In this document: positions 38,242-48,986 of the stretch, one piece after another | How the letters are laid out: the number at the start of each line of letters is the position of its first letter | How positions within the stretch are numbered: the stretch's first letter is position 1 | Origin: Cyanobacteria bacterium J06626_4 | GTDB lineage: Bacteria > Cyanobacteriota > Cyanobacteriia > Phormidesmidales > Phormidesmidaceae | Reading direction: 5' to 3' | Assembly: GCA_038523235.1 (NCBI GenBank) | Contig: JBCBJQ010000005.1 | Location: 1-64,000, forward strand | Length of the DNA stretch: 64,000 nt | Made by a program: the position numbers and the translations under genes | The notes under the pieces: model-generated | What the model saw: the letters and a program-made list of their open reading frames with translations, nothing else | What the model was told of the DNA's origin: nothing | The model's database searches: none

Positions 38242-39214
38242 TGGGCCAATTTTTATTCTATGGCTGGCGAGTCTGTTGGATTTTATGATTGGCGACCCTT
38301 GGGGCTGGCTGCATCCGGTGCAGGTCATGGGCGGGGCAATTCGCGCCTACGAGCAGGTGGTTTTTAGTTACGTTAAAAGCCCATTGGGGCAGCGTTGCCT
38401 GGGCGTTGGCCTCGGTTTAGGTTTACCCATCCTGAGCGGCGCGATCGCGATCGCCCTCACCTGGAGAGCCTGGCAGTTGCACCCGCTCTTGGGCGGCGGG
38501 GTGGCCATGGTAATTTTAGCGAGCTGTTTTGCGGGTCGGAGTTTGCGCCGAGCCGCCGATGACGTGCTCTTACCGCTCAATGCCGGTAACTTGCCCGAAG
38601 CGCGCAATCGCCTCAGACTCTACGTCGGGCGTGACACACAGCACCTCTCGGCCGCTGAGATCTTGCGCGCCGTCATGGAAACCATTAGTGAAAATGCGAC
38701 CGACGGCGTGATGGCACCGTTGTTTTATGCGCTGGTGGGCACCGCGATCGCGCCGGTACTGGGAGTGGGTCTGGCGATCGCCTACAAAGCCCTCAGCACA
38801 CTAGATTCCATGGTGGGCTATCGCTCCGCCCCTTATACCGATTTGGGCTGGTTCAGCGCCCGGCTGGAAGATGCAGCCACCTGGTTACCTTGCCGCCTGA
38901 CCGTGCTGACGGTGGCGCTGCTGGCCGGTCAGCCAGACCGAGTGTGGCGATTGTGTCGGCGCGACGCGGCGGCCGATCCCAGTCCTAACGCGGGCTGGAG
39001 TGAATGCGCCTATGCGGCAGCGTTGGGCGTGCAGTTGGGCGGCGTCAATGTTTATCGCGGTGCGGTTAAACAGAAACCGCTGTTAGGTGAACCGCTGCGC
39101 CCCATCACGGCTGGCCTGATTGCCCAAGGGTTACAACTCACCCGATGGTCATTTTTGACTTGGCTCGTCGGGGGCAGCTTGCTCCTCAGCCTGCGCTATC
39201 CGCCCCTGTGGTAA
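38222..39214 (+). CDS. cbiB: Adenosylcobinamide-phosphate synthase CbiB/CobD
   Basis: D..IGDP...HPV, VGRDT..L, E.ISEN..DG..APLFY, YKA..TLDSMVGY, SPNAGW.E and ALGVQLGG motifs. Start uncertain. Confidence 0.93.
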   Translation: MPALWCSGPIFILWLASLLDFMIGDPWGWLHPVQVMGGAIRAYEQVVFSYVKSPLGQRCLGVGLGLGLPILSGAIAIALTWRAWQLHPLLGGGVAMVILASCFAGRSLRRAADDVLLPLNAGNLPEARNRLRLYVGRDTQHLSAAEILRAVMETISENATDGVMAPLFYALVGTAIAPVLGVGLAIAYKALSTLDSMVGYRSAPYTDLGWFSARLEDAATWLPCRLTVLTVALLAGQPDRVWRLCRRDAAADPSPNAGWSECAYAAALGVQLGGVNVYRGAVKQKPLLGEPLRPITAGLIAQGLQLTRWSFLTWLVGGSLLLSLRYPPLW

Positions 39215-39514
39215 CGAGGCGTGGCTGGGCAGGGGCTCTAGGCTGAAATTTGCTCCGCGATCGGAATGCTATTTTGTGAGTCAATCGCGAATGCGTCTGT
39301 TTGGAGCAATTCGGCAAAAATCTCACGTGGAAAGCGTTCGAGCCCTCTGAAAGCGGTAAGTTATGGATAATCCAGAACAGCCCCGCCGCTCAAGCATCGT
39401 GATTGGGCGATCGCGGCACCCGCCCAACCCACCGTTCGCTTGCTCTTTGCAGTCAGCTGAGCCGTGCCCACACTGTCAACTGATTTGTTTTTGAGCTTTT
39501 ATGAGTTTTAACTG

Positions 39515-40051
39515 ATGGCTAGCTTTGTTGACATTCTCACCACAGAAGAACTGCGGCGCACCGTCAACCGTCTCGCCTCAGAAATTGTGGAACGCGCTGG
39601 GGCGTTAGACAACCTTGCTTTAGTGGGCATTCACACTCGGGGCGTACCGCTAGCGCACTTACTAGCCGAACAAATTGCCCACTTAGAAAATTTTTCCGTG
39701 GCCCTTGGCACGCTGGATATTACCTTTTATCGAGACGATCTCGACAGCATTGGCATTCGCACCCCCGAGCGTACCGACATTGACTTTGACTTGTCGGGCA
39801 AAACGCTGGTGCTAGTGGATGATGTGATCTTTAGTGGCCGGACTATTCGCGCCGCCCTCAACGCCGTGACTGACTATGGCCGACCAGAAATGATTCAGCT
39901 CGCAGTCCTCATAGATCGCGGCCATCGCCAACTCCCGATTCACCCTGATTTTGTCGGTAAAGCCGTGCCCACTGCCCGCCATGAAGTAGTCAAGGTCTTT
40001 TTGTCAGATATTGATGGCCACGATGCCGTGCAGCTGTTGCGCCGCGATTAG
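39515..40051 (+). CDS. pyrR: Bifunctional pyrimidine regulatory protein/uracil phosphoribosyltransferase PyrR
   Basis: [36 protein letters not shown] and [16 protein letters not shown] motifs. Confidence 0.95.
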   Translation: MASFVDILTTEELRRTVNRLASEIVERAGALDNLALVGIHTRGVPLAHLLAEQIAHLENFSVALGTLDITFYRDDLDSIGIRTPERTDIDFDLSGKTLVLVDDVIFSGRTIRAALNAVTDYGRPEMIQLAVLIDRGHRQLPIHPDFVGKAVPTARHEVVKVFLSDIDGHDAVQLLRRD

Positions 40052-40060
40052 GCGATCGAC

Positions 40061-40130
40061 AAGAAACCTGGCTTCTTAATATCAGTCAACTACGGAATCA
40101 GACCCTTTCAGCCCGAAAAACCAGGTTTCT
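40061..40130. repeat. Short dispersed palindromic element with inverted termini AGAAACCTGG...CCAGGTTTCT
   Basis: AAGAAACCTGGCTTCTT (40061-40077) and GAAAAACCAGGTTTCT (40115-40130) are each imperfect palindromes and are inverted relative to each other. Located 9 bp after the pyrR stop. Confidence 0.6.
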
Positions 40131-40583
40131 GTACCGGTTTTCAAGGCGATGTTCCACCCTCTCAAATAGCACATCGGGGATATAGAACGAAAGCCTGAGG
40201 ATCGCAGAAATGCCCTCTCTTCGAACTTTAGATTTCCCATTGGGTCGTTTTCGCCGAGTGAGCTGGGAGGGTGGTTCTTGCCGATTCGCGATGGGCAATA
40301 GGCTTATCAAGAATGCCGCAGTGCGATCGAAAATCTCGTTGGGTAGGCTTCCTAGCCTGCCCCAACATCACCAGCAGGCTGAAAGATCAGCTGGCTGGCT
40401 CTGCAGTGAAGAAGACGGCCAAGATGGCCATCAAACAAGATGAGCTAGGAGGGCACCAACTGGGTTATCGCTGGGCGAGGTAGGGCAAGACGATCTCAAA
40501 ATACTGCATTGGCCTGCCTTTGGAATGTGGTTACTCTTGGTAACTCGGCAATCGAGTCGGGAATTGATTCATGACTCCCACCG

Positions 40584-41726
40584 CTAAGAATTAGAGAGGC
40601 CAGTCAGAAGACCACCGCTGAGGCGGCTGATGGCGCGTTGAGCCACTTCGCTGTAGCCCAGCTTGCCGTTAAACAGTTTCACGATAGTCGGGGCAGCGTT
40701 GGGCCGTTTGACGCCGATGCGGTAGGCCAGCTTCGGCGCTTTATAAAACACCTGGGCCAGCCGTTTTGCCCAGCGCATATCTTGGCCCCATTCGGCCTGC
40801 ATGACTTGGGTATAGCCCTCTAGAGCGTTGAGGTCGCCCGCGATCGCCCGGTCAATTGCCGCCGCTGCCTTGACCCCACTAAACAATGCGGGCCGAATAC
40901 CTTCTGCCGTAAACGGATCGACCACACAGGCAGCTTCCCCCACTAACAGGGCATTTTGGGTATGCAGTCGCTGGTCGCCATCCCATGCCAAGATGGGATG
41001 ACCGTGGGCCTTTTGTTGCGACATGGTCACATCAAACTGGGTGGCATAGTCAGCAATGGGAGCCCGCAGATCTTGGCGGCGCTGGTCGCCCACCCGCATC
41101 ACCCCACCGCCGATGGAATAGCCATCCGCTTTCGGAAAATTCCACAGGTAGCCGTGCTGTACCATCCCCATTTCTAGATAAAGCAGCGGATCGTTCGGCA
41201 TGTCTAAGCGCGGTTCAATCTCGACGGCGGCGGCCAGCAAGTGACGCCGTTGGTTAAAGCCAAGCCATTTGGCCATGACCCCGCGTCCGCCATCGGCGGC
41301 CAGTAGGTACCGGCCCTCCACTTGCCCTCGCGACGTTTCGACCTGCCAGCGATCGCCCTTAAATTCAATTCCTTTGGCCTTGGTCTCTGACCACAGTTCG
41401 GCTCCTTGGCGCTGAGCTTGCTGCACCAAAAAATAGTCAAACTGATCACGGCGCACCATCCACAGGGCTTCGTCGTCAGGCACCTCCGCATCAACCGGGT
41501 CGGTCATATTCCAGGTGCAGCGAATGCGCTTGACCCGGACCGAAATCGCTGGTGAAAAGTCGAAGTCAAACCACTCTGCCACTTGCGGAGAGACGCCGCC
41601 ACCACAGGGCTTATAGCGCGGTAACGCTTCCCGCTCAATCAGCAAAACCGAGTGACCTTGCTTGGCCAGATGATAGGCCGCCGCGCCGCCGCCTGGCCCC
41701 GCCCCAACAATGATGCAGTCGTACAT
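40584..41726 (-). CDS. Geranylgeranyl reductase family FAD-dependent oxidoreductase
   Basis: DCIIVGAGPGG, PRYKPCGGG, R.QFD..L, AADG, GYLWNFP and GEAA..VDPFTAEGI motifs. Confidence 0.9.
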   Translation of the reverse strand: MYDCIIVGAGPGGGAAAYHLAKQGHSVLLIEREALPRYKPCGGGVSPQVAEWFDFDFSPAISVRVKRIRCTWNMTDPVDAEVPDDEALWMVRRDQFDYFLVQQAQRQGAELWSETKAKGIEFKGDRWQVETSRGQVEGRYLLAADGGRGVMAKWLGFNQRRHLLAAAVEIEPRLDMPNDPLLYLEMGMVQHGYLWNFPKADGYSIGGGVMRVGDQRRQDLRAPIADYATQFDVTMSQQKAHGHPILAWDGDQRLHTQNALLVGEAACVVDPFTAEGIRPALFSGVKAAAAIDRAIAGDLNALEGYTQVMQAEWGQDMRWAKRLAQVFYKAPKLAYRIGVKRPNAAPTIVKLFNGKLGYSEVAQRAISRLSGGLLTGLSNS

Positions 41727-42011
41727 AGTGATCTCAAATCCGAATAATGCCTAGTCTGAAAACTGGGATGATTTAGCCGTTGCTGATCCGTGCCAATCCA
41801 TGCCGCTTGACCGATGCGAACGCACTTTAAGTCAGCAGGAATGGGCGATCGCCGTTGCCTGATTGAGATTGTGGGCTGGCTGGACTGTTTCGTCAAACTG
41901 CTCTGCCTGCCCAAACAATGGCACGCCGATCAAATCTACAGACTGGGTAAGATCCCCTCTGTGAACATTCCCCCAAATTTAGAACAACCCTGCTCTGGGC
42001 AAACATCACTG

Positions 42012-44555
42012 TCAAACACCAACGACTAGGCACCATAGTCCGACCGTCAAACCAAAAATGGCCAAATGCTGAGGCAGCATGAGCCGCAGGGGGTAGCGAG
42101 CAATTTTTTGCGTCAGGATGATCGACAGCAGCGCCCCGACGAGTAGCGCCGTCCCCTGCAAAAAAGCAATGACTGCTGGGTGCGCTACCATCACCGGCAG
42201 GCTCACGCCCGATAACCCAATCGTCGCTGCGCCCACGGGCAATACTCGACCCGCTTCGGTCAAAAACAACCGCAGATAGTGAGCCAGGGTGCCAGTCAAC
42301 ACTAATGGCAAGTAACCATAGGCCAGTTCGACAAAGGGCCGCGGCGATCGCGTCGCGGCCAGCCGGTAAATCAGATGGAGCAAGGCTTGCGCCGCGCCGG
42401 GAATCAGGGCGGGCAGGCTCAAAAGGGCGATCGCCACGCCGCCGTGCACCCAAAAGTTCGCCAAATCAAGCGGCCAGTCAAGCGCGGTCAGCAGTTCCGG
42501 CAGGCGATGCAAAAACACCGCATCGAGCAGCAACAACAGCAACGCCACCTCATAGGCGCGGGGGGTATGGGTCGTCCACAGCTCAATCCCCGGTGGCCGT
42601 AGGTTGAACTCAACCGAGCGATGGGGACAAGCTTTGAGGCAGGTCATGCAGAGCACGCAGTCGCGATTTTCTTCCAGCTGCGCGGGATGGGAATAAATCG
42701 GGCAGCCGCCAGTTTCTTGCCCTTCGCCTTTGGCTGGCCCCCCTTTGTAGCACTGGTAGGTGGTGCATTCAGCCGAACAGGTGCCCTGCTGCGCCCGCAG
42801 CTCCGTCATCGACAGCTTGGCATACAGGCCATTCATGCCGCCGATGGGGCACAGATAGCGACACCAAAAGCGCCGCTCAAAAATTTGAGAAAAGACGATC
42901 GCCCCGGCGGTAATTAACAACAGCAGACAAGACGATAAATACGCCGTGTTTTCCAAATTCCACAGCTCTTCCCACAGCAGAATGAGGGCAAATAGGCCAA
43001 ACAAAAACCAGCCCCCCCAGCGATCAGCTTCTTCACGGGGCCAGCGTTTGAGCGATCGCGGCCAGAGTTTGAGCGACAGGGTTTGCAGCGCTTCGCCGTA
43101 AATCATAAACGGACACACCGCACACCAAGCACGTCCCAAGAACGGGAACACCAGCAGAATCAGCGGCCACCACCAAGCCCAAAACAAATTGAGTGCCACG
43201 TTGTGATCGCGCGTTTGCGGCCCCAAAAACAGCATCGCGTTGAAGAGGGCAAAGACGGTGAGCGTCAGCCCATAGTTGATGCGATCAGGCCACCAAGCAC
43301 TGCGTAAAAAGCGCCGCAGATTAGGGTAAGCATTGAGCAAATTGGTGCGAAACTGTTTCTTTTTGCTCTGAGACGGCCAGAGAATCTCTTCGGTCAGCAG
43401 ACACCCGACGGCCACCTGCGAGAGCGCTCGCGACACCAGACTCTCTAGCTCTCGCAAATTGTTAGGAAAGTCATAGGCCTGCAGGCGACGAATCGCCTCA
43501 GGGGTCACGCCAATTCGCCGCTGGCCTTTTGCCCGGCTAATCAGGCTGATGTAGTACTTGACATAGTCTTCAATGTCGGCTTTGCGCACCCGCAGGGGAG
43601 GGACTTTAATCTGGCTATCCACCACTGCGCTCAGCGTCGGCACGGGTCGTTCCGCAATCAAGACAAAACGGGCAGCGCTGGAGCGCTCAGGGGCAGACTC
43701 GGTTGAATTGTGGGGAATAGGCCAATAGGTGCCTGTCTTGAGCAGAGTGGCGATCGCCCCCACCAGATTTGACGGCAATTCCCCCACATTGTTTAGCACC
43801 AGCGTGCCGCGATCGAGCGCTTCAAGCAGACTGGGCTTGCCCCCCGCGCGACCAAACAGTTCCGCACCACTGGTTTGCAGGCGCGCACAGTCAACCTGGA
43901 TGATCGGTTGTCGCCGATAGACTGACCCGTAATGAATGAGCGCTGCAATATTGTCTTTTTCGACCCCTGGCTCACCAAAAATCAGCACCGAGCCACAGCC
44001 ATCAGGGCAGTCCTTAAACGCCTCACGAATCTGCTGTCGCAGTCGGGTGGCATAGCGACTGCGACCAATCACCCCCCGCCGTGCTTTGGTCACCAGATAC
44101 GGCCGCAAAATATCCTGGCGCTCTTGCTCATAGGTCAACTGCGAGGTGACCTGACGCAGCTCTGCCGTCACCTGCTGCGAAAACACCTGAATCACGTCGG
44201 GATGCGCCGCTTTGAAGACCTGAAACTGCTCCGCCGAGAGATACCACACCTCAGAGTCACAGAGAGATAGAACCGTCTTTTCGACGGGCTCATCTAGCAG
44301 CAGCGATCGCAAGTTGAGCACTGAACCCGGCAGAAAACTTCTGGCCAGGCTAGCCCCAGGCTTATGCTCCAGTCGCCCTGACACCAAAATGTACAACCCT
44401 GCTGGTGCCGTCTCAGCCATCACCACTACCTGCTCGGGGGGCACGTGACGGGTCTCTAGCTGTTCACTCAGGGCCGTTAGCGTCGTGTGACTCAAGCCGC
44501 TGAGAGCCGATCGCTCCTGCAGCCAGGTTACTCGCGCTTCCACAGTGGTCATCAT
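42012..44555 (-). CDS. cNMP-binding + sigma54-interaction-like AAA+ + membrane polyferredoxin (4Fe-4S) fusion protein
   Basis: N-terminal cNMP fold (GLYILVSG.L), VLIFGEPGVEKD..A.LIH, I.VPPLR.R..DI, YDFPNNLREL. C-terminal TMs with WCAVCP, FWCRYLCPIG and CVLCMTCLKACP. Confidence 0.85.
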   Translation of the reverse strand: MMTTVEARVTWLQERSALSGLSHTTLTALSEQLETRHVPPEQVVVMAETAPAGLYILVSGRLEHKPGASLARSFLPGSVLNLRSLLLDEPVEKTVLSLCDSEVWYLSAEQFQVFKAAHPDVIQVFSQQVTAELRQVTSQLTYEQERQDILRPYLVTKARRGVIGRSRYATRLRQQIREAFKDCPDGCGSVLIFGEPGVEKDNIAALIHYGSVYRRQPIIQVDCARLQTSGAELFGRAGGKPSLLEALDRGTLVLNNVGELPSNLVGAIATLLKTGTYWPIPHNSTESAPERSSAARFVLIAERPVPTLSAVVDSQIKVPPLRVRKADIEDYVKYYISLISRAKGQRRIGVTPEAIRRLQAYDFPNNLRELESLVSRALSQVAVGCLLTEEILWPSQSKKKQFRTNLLNAYPNLRRFLRSAWWPDRINYGLTLTVFALFNAMLFLGPQTRDHNVALNLFWAWWWPLILLVFPFLGRAWCAVCPFMIYGEALQTLSLKLWPRSLKRWPREEADRWGGWFLFGLFALILLWEELWNLENTAYLSSCLLLLITAGAIVFSQIFERRFWCRYLCPIGGMNGLYAKLSMTELRAQQGTCSAECTTYQCYKGGPAKGEGQETGGCPIYSHPAQLEENRDCVLCMTCLKACPHRSVEFNLRPPGIELWTTHTPRAYEVALLLLLLDAVFLHRLPELLTALDWPLDLANFWVHGGVAIALLSLPALIPGAAQALLHLIYRLAATRSPRPFVELAYGYLPLVLTGTLAHYLRLFLTEAGRVLPVGAATIGLSGVSLPVMVAHPAVIAFLQGTALLVGALLSIILTQKIARYPLRLMLPQHLAIFGLTVGLWCLVVGV

Positions 44556-45100
44556 GATGAGTCTGCCCTCTTTGCCGTAATCTGAGGTCGTCAGACTTTT
44601 GGCGTGTCCCCATGATAAATCTCTTCGATCTGTGGGTTCCTTGTGCGTTACTTGCGTTAATCCTCGGGGCTGCCATCTACTTTGCAAGACTGTAGATCAA
44701 CTCAAAATCTGGCAGCTGACGCTCTGCCGCTGTCAGGATTTAGGGCACCTGTAATGGGATGAGCGGGCAGGGGTCTGAAGGGCGATCGCAGCTGCTCCTG
44801 GCCAGCGTCACTGCTTTTCCACGGACGGGGAGCACATCAGCTTTTGTTGGCAAGACACCCTATAGGGTTTTCTCTATGCATTACTAAGATACTGCCGTTT
44901 TCTGACCGGGGATGAAGGGTTGACGGCTTGAAGACAAAAGGTTTCAGAACTTGGGTTGAACTTTTGCCAAAACCCTAAACAGTCAATATTCTTTAGGTTC
45001 ACAACAACAATATTTTGTGTTGCGGGCTATTGACTTTGGCGTAGTACCATGGACTTTAAGATTGACAGTATCATAAGCTAGATGCAAGGAAACTATAGCT

Positions 45101-45796
45101 ATGCAACAGTTGGATATCTCTCCTACCTTTGATTATCAGTCTGAGAACTATAAAGACGCCTACAGTCGAGTCAACGCGATTGTGATCGAAGGTGAGCAAG
45201 AGGCTTTCGATAACTACTGCAAATTAGCGGAGTTGCTCCCTGATGCCAAAGATGACCTGCTGCGGTTAGCTAAGATGGAAAAACGCCACATGAAGGGTTT
45301 CCAAGCCTGTGGCAAAAATTTGGCGGTCACCGCCGACATGGCCTTTGCTGAAGTATTCTTCAAGCAACTCCATCAGAATTTTCAAACTGCCTGGGCCGAA
45401 GGCAAAATTGTGACTTGCCTGTTGATTCAGTCTTTGATTATTGAAACCTTCGCGATTTCTGCCTATAACATCTACATCCCTGTGGCGGATGACTTTGCTC
45501 GCAAGATCACCGAGGGCGTGGTCAAAGATGAGTACATGCATCTCAACTTTGGCGAAGAGTGGTTGAAAGCTAACTTTGAGGCGTCAAAGGCCGAACTCGA
45601 AGCCGCTAATCGCGAAAATCTGCCGATCGTCTGGGCCATGCTCAACGAAGTCGCTGATGACGCTAATGTGCTCGGTATGGAAAAGGAAGCCCTGATCGAA
45701 GACTTCATGATTACCTACGGTGAAGCCCTTGGTAACATCGGGTTTTCTAGCCGCGAAGTGATGAAGCTCTCCGCTCAAGGCTTAGCAACTGCATAG
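45101..45796 (+). CDS. ado: Aldehyde-deformylating oxygenase
   Basis: [58 protein letters not shown] di-iron motifs. Confidence 0.97.
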   Translation: MQQLDISPTFDYQSENYKDAYSRVNAIVIEGEQEAFDNYCKLAELLPDAKDDLLRLAKMEKRHMKGFQACGKNLAVTADMAFAEVFFKQLHQNFQTAWAEGKIVTCLLIQSLIIETFAISAYNIYIPVADDFARKITEGVVKDEYMHLNFGEEWLKANFEASKAELEAANRENLPIVWAMLNEVADDANVLGMEKEALIEDFMITYGEALGNIGFSSREVMKLSAQGLATA

Positions 45797-45832
45797 GTTG
45801 CGGGTTGACAGTTAGCTTATCTGCATCAATGA

Positions 45833-45883
45833 AGAAAAGGCATGGCTCTGGTGGCAAAACTTGCACCAGGTCATGCCTTTTCT
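45833..45883 (+). terminator. Stem-loop/terminator after ado
   Basis: AGAAAAGGCATG-GCTCTGGTGGCAA-AAC-TTGCACCAGGT-CATGCCTTTTCT: long imperfect hairpin ending in a T-run. Confidence 0.7.
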
Positions 45884-46222
45884 GTAGGGCTTGACGCCCT
45901 CTGTCCCGGCAATGAATAGCCTTCATCGCACCGGGTAAACGCGACAAGCCTCTGCCTCAGAGGGCTCAGAGGGCTCAGAGGCAGAGGCGATCACCTGACT
46001 CAGACATGAATGTAGACACGATCACGGCTTGATCTGAAAGGCCGACGTCGCTTTAAAGCGTCAGACGGGCAGCTTAGCTTGTAGAATCCTTGATATTCCG
46101 TCTTGCGCCTAAAACCTCTTACAGTAACTTTGATGATTTAGGTGTAGCTTGAGATATCTTGCGAAAGCTAAACGCTTTTGCAGGTTTTGCATTCCCTTTT
46201 GAGGTGACAACGCAGGATCACG

Positions 46223-47275
46223 ATGTTTGGCCTAATTGGACATTTAACAAGTATCGACCACGCACAATCCGTAGCCCGAGATTTGGGATATCCCGAATAT
46301 GCCGATCAGGGTCTGGATTTTTGGTGTAGTGCCCCACCACAAATTGTGGACACGATTAAGGTAACGAGCGCGACTGGACAAACCATCGAAGGGTTTTATG
46401 TCGAGTCTTGCTTTTTGCCTGAGATGTTGGCGGCTCGCCGCATCAAAACAGCGGCTCGCAAAGTGATCAACGCGATGGCCCACGCCCAAAAGAACGGCAT
46501 TGATATTACCGCGCTAGGCGGGTTCTCATCGATCATTTTTGAGAATTTCAATCTGCATCAGATGAAGCAGGTACGCAACGTTTCCCTCGAGTTTGAACGG
46601 TTCACCACTGGCAATACCCACACGGCTTACATTATTTGTCGACAAATCGAGGCAGCATCGCAAAAGCTCGGCATCAATTTATCCGAGGCCAAAGTTGCGG
46701 TCTGTGGCGCGACCGGTGATATCGGCAGCGCCGTTTGTCGGTGGTTGGACGCCCGCACCGATGCCAAAGAGTTGCTGCTAATTGCCCGTAACCAAGAACG
46801 GCTGCAAAATCTGCAGCAAGAGCTAGGGCGCGGCACCATTTCAACGGATATTGAATCGGCTCTAGCCCAGGCCGATGTTGTGGTCTGGGTAGCGAGCATG
46901 GCTAAAGGCATCGAAATCGATCCGCAGATTCTCAAGCGTCCTTGCCTGATGATTGACGGTGGCTATCCCAAAAATTTAGATAGCCACTTCAACGCTGAGG
47001 GCATTCACGTCTTAAAGGGCGGCATCGTTGAGCACTCTCTAGACATTGACTGGCGCATCATGAGCATCGTCAATATGGATGTGCCTGCTCGCCAACTGTT
47101 TGCCTGCTTTGCCGAGTCCATGCTGCTCGAATTTGAGAAATGGTATACCAACTTTTCTTGGGGACGCAATCAGATCACTCTGGAGAAGATGGATCTGATT
47201 GGTCAAGCCTCAGTCAGGCATGGCTTTACGCCTTTGCTTAACCTCAACGCTACGCCGCTGACCTCTGAAGCTTAA
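46223..47275 (+). CDS. aar: Long-chain acyl-ACP reductase
   Basis: [44 protein letters not shown] and FACFAE motifs; follows ado. Confidence 0.97.
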   Translation: MFGLIGHLTSIDHAQSVARDLGYPEYADQGLDFWCSAPPQIVDTIKVTSATGQTIEGFYVESCFLPEMLAARRIKTAARKVINAMAHAQKNGIDITALGGFSSIIFENFNLHQMKQVRNVSLEFERFTTGNTHTAYIICRQIEAASQKLGINLSEAKVAVCGATGDIGSAVCRWLDARTDAKELLLIARNQERLQNLQQELGRGTISTDIESALAQADVVVWVASMAKGIEIDPQILKRPCLMIDGGYPKNLDSHFNAEGIHVLKGGIVEHSLDIDWRIMSIVNMDVPARQLFACFAESMLLEFEKWYTNFSWGRNQITLEKMDLIGQASVRHGFTPLLNLNATPLTSEA

Positions 47276-47293
47276 TCAACTGGTCGAACGCGA

Positions 47294-47334
47294 TGAGTTT
47301 GCAGTAATCGTGATTACTGCAAACTCAATTTTTA
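47294..47334 (+). terminator. Terminator hairpin after aar
   Basis: Perfect 16-bp arms TGAGTTTGCAGTAATC-GT-GATTACTGCAAACTCA followed by ATTTTTT. Confidence 0.8.
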
Positions 47335-47634
47335 TCGTCTGCGCGCGCGCTGCTGGCAGGTGGCCAGATGAGTGCTCTATAGCTACTTTGGTCAATCTGA
47401 GCGGCGTTGAGCGATTGGGGTTGTGTCCCTTGATGGCGAGTTTATGCTGCCGCCTGAGCGAGCCTGTGGTTTCGGGGCGATCGCCAGAGCATCCCCGCTC
47501 GCGAGGGGAATCATCGCGGAAAGGAAATCAAGAACCGTTATGCTTACTAAATAGAGAAGTGGGTGCCTGCCGACTGTTGCCGTTGAGCACTTGTAGGGAG
47601 CCCACTTCATCTTTGCACCGCTGTAGCTGAAATT

Positions 47635-48633
47635 ATGCCGACGACTCAACGCAAAACGATCCTCCTAGACTTTGAAAAACCCCTAGTGGAACTAGAGGAT
47701 CGAATTAGTCAAATTAGGGATCTCGCTGAAGACAATGATGTTGATGTCTCAACCCAACTGCGGCAGTTACAAACCCGAGCTGATCAGCTGCGTCAGGAGA
47801 TCTTTGCCAGCTTGACTCCTGCTCAACGGTTACAGGTGGCGCGTCATCCTCGGCGGCCGAGCACCCTCGATTACATTCAAGCCGTGAGCGACGAGTGGAT
47901 TGAGCTGCATGGCGATCGCGGTTCGGGCAAAGATGACCCCGCCCTAGTCGGTGGCATCGCCCGGTTTGAAGGGCGTCCCGTCGTGATGCTGGGGCATCAA
48001 AAGGGCCGCGACACCAAAGACAATGTGGCCCGCAATTTTGGCATGGCCTCCCCAGGGGGCTATCGCAAGGCCATGCGCCTGATGGCCCATGCCAACCATT
48101 TCAACATGCCGATTTTTGCTTTTATTGATACGCCTGGCGCCTTTCCTGGTTATGAAGCGGAAGAAATGGGACAGGGTGAAGCGATCGCCTATAACCTGCG
48201 AGAAATGTTTTCCCTCGACGTGCCAATTATTTGCACCGTCATTGGTGAAGGGGGCTCCGGTGGGGCGTTAGGGATTGGCGTGGGAGATCGCCTGATGATG
48301 TTTGAGCATGCCGTTTATACCGTCGCCAGCCCAGAAGCTTGTGCGGCCATCTTGTGGAAAGATGCGGGCCGCGCTGGCGAAGCCGCGGAGGCGCTCAAAA
48401 TCACGGCCACCGACCTCAAGAATTTAGGCATTTTAGACGTCCTTTTACCAGAGCCCCTCGGCGGTACCCATGCTGATCCGCTCAGGGCGACGCAAATTTT
48501 GAAGGATGCGCTGCGCGAAAATTTAGAGATGCTGCTGACGTTGGCCCCGTCTGAGCGACGTGACCGGCGCTATCGCAAATTCCGAGATATTGGAGTCTTT
48601 ACGGAAATGGCGCAAAATGGCCAGGTTTCCTAG
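47635..48633 (+). CDS. accA: Acetyl-CoA carboxylase carboxyltransferase subunit alpha
   Basis: [43 protein letters not shown] and [10 protein letters not shown] motifs. Confidence 0.97.
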   Translation: MPTTQRKTILLDFEKPLVELEDRISQIRDLAEDNDVDVSTQLRQLQTRADQLRQEIFASLTPAQRLQVARHPRRPSTLDYIQAVSDEWIELHGDRGSGKDDPALVGGIARFEGRPVVMLGHQKGRDTKDNVARNFGMASPGGYRKAMRLMAHANHFNMPIFAFIDTPGAFPGYEAEEMGQGEAIAYNLREMFSLDVPIICTVIGEGGSGGALGIGVGDRLMMFEHAVYTVASPEACAAILWKDAGRAGEAAEALKITATDLKNLGILDVLLPEPLGGTHADPLRATQILKDALRENLEMLLTLAPSERRDRRYRKFRDIGVFTEMAQNGQVS

Positions 48634-48986
48634 GCCCCGACAAAATTTCACCTCAAGGCAGGCTGTTATGATAGGAAAGGCAAAAATGAGACGCCGCCAA
48701 AAGAGCTTTACATTTGTTAACATTGGTCGTGTGAACAATATTTGAGGCCTTTGCACGGAACGGTGGCAGCAATTAGGCGTACTACGGGAGTGGTCATACT
48801 TGCTGACTCAGGGCTCGCAACCAGGCGGCGGCGCTATCGGTTAACGGCAGTGAAGCGCTCAGTCAGGTTGTTTTTAGCCTTTCTTCAGGCGTTCCTCAGA
48901 TTAATCTGACAGTCTCAGGAATAGCGAGCCTCTCGCTGACGCTACAGTTTTAATCAGCCAGCATTTTTTGGGAATTGGGTTTATTC

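Noticed and set aside
39215..39514. PyrR attenuator upstream of pyrR
   Set aside because: AATCCAGAACAGC only loosely resembles the PyrR binding loop consensus. No clear terminator/antiterminator, and no pyr operon follows.
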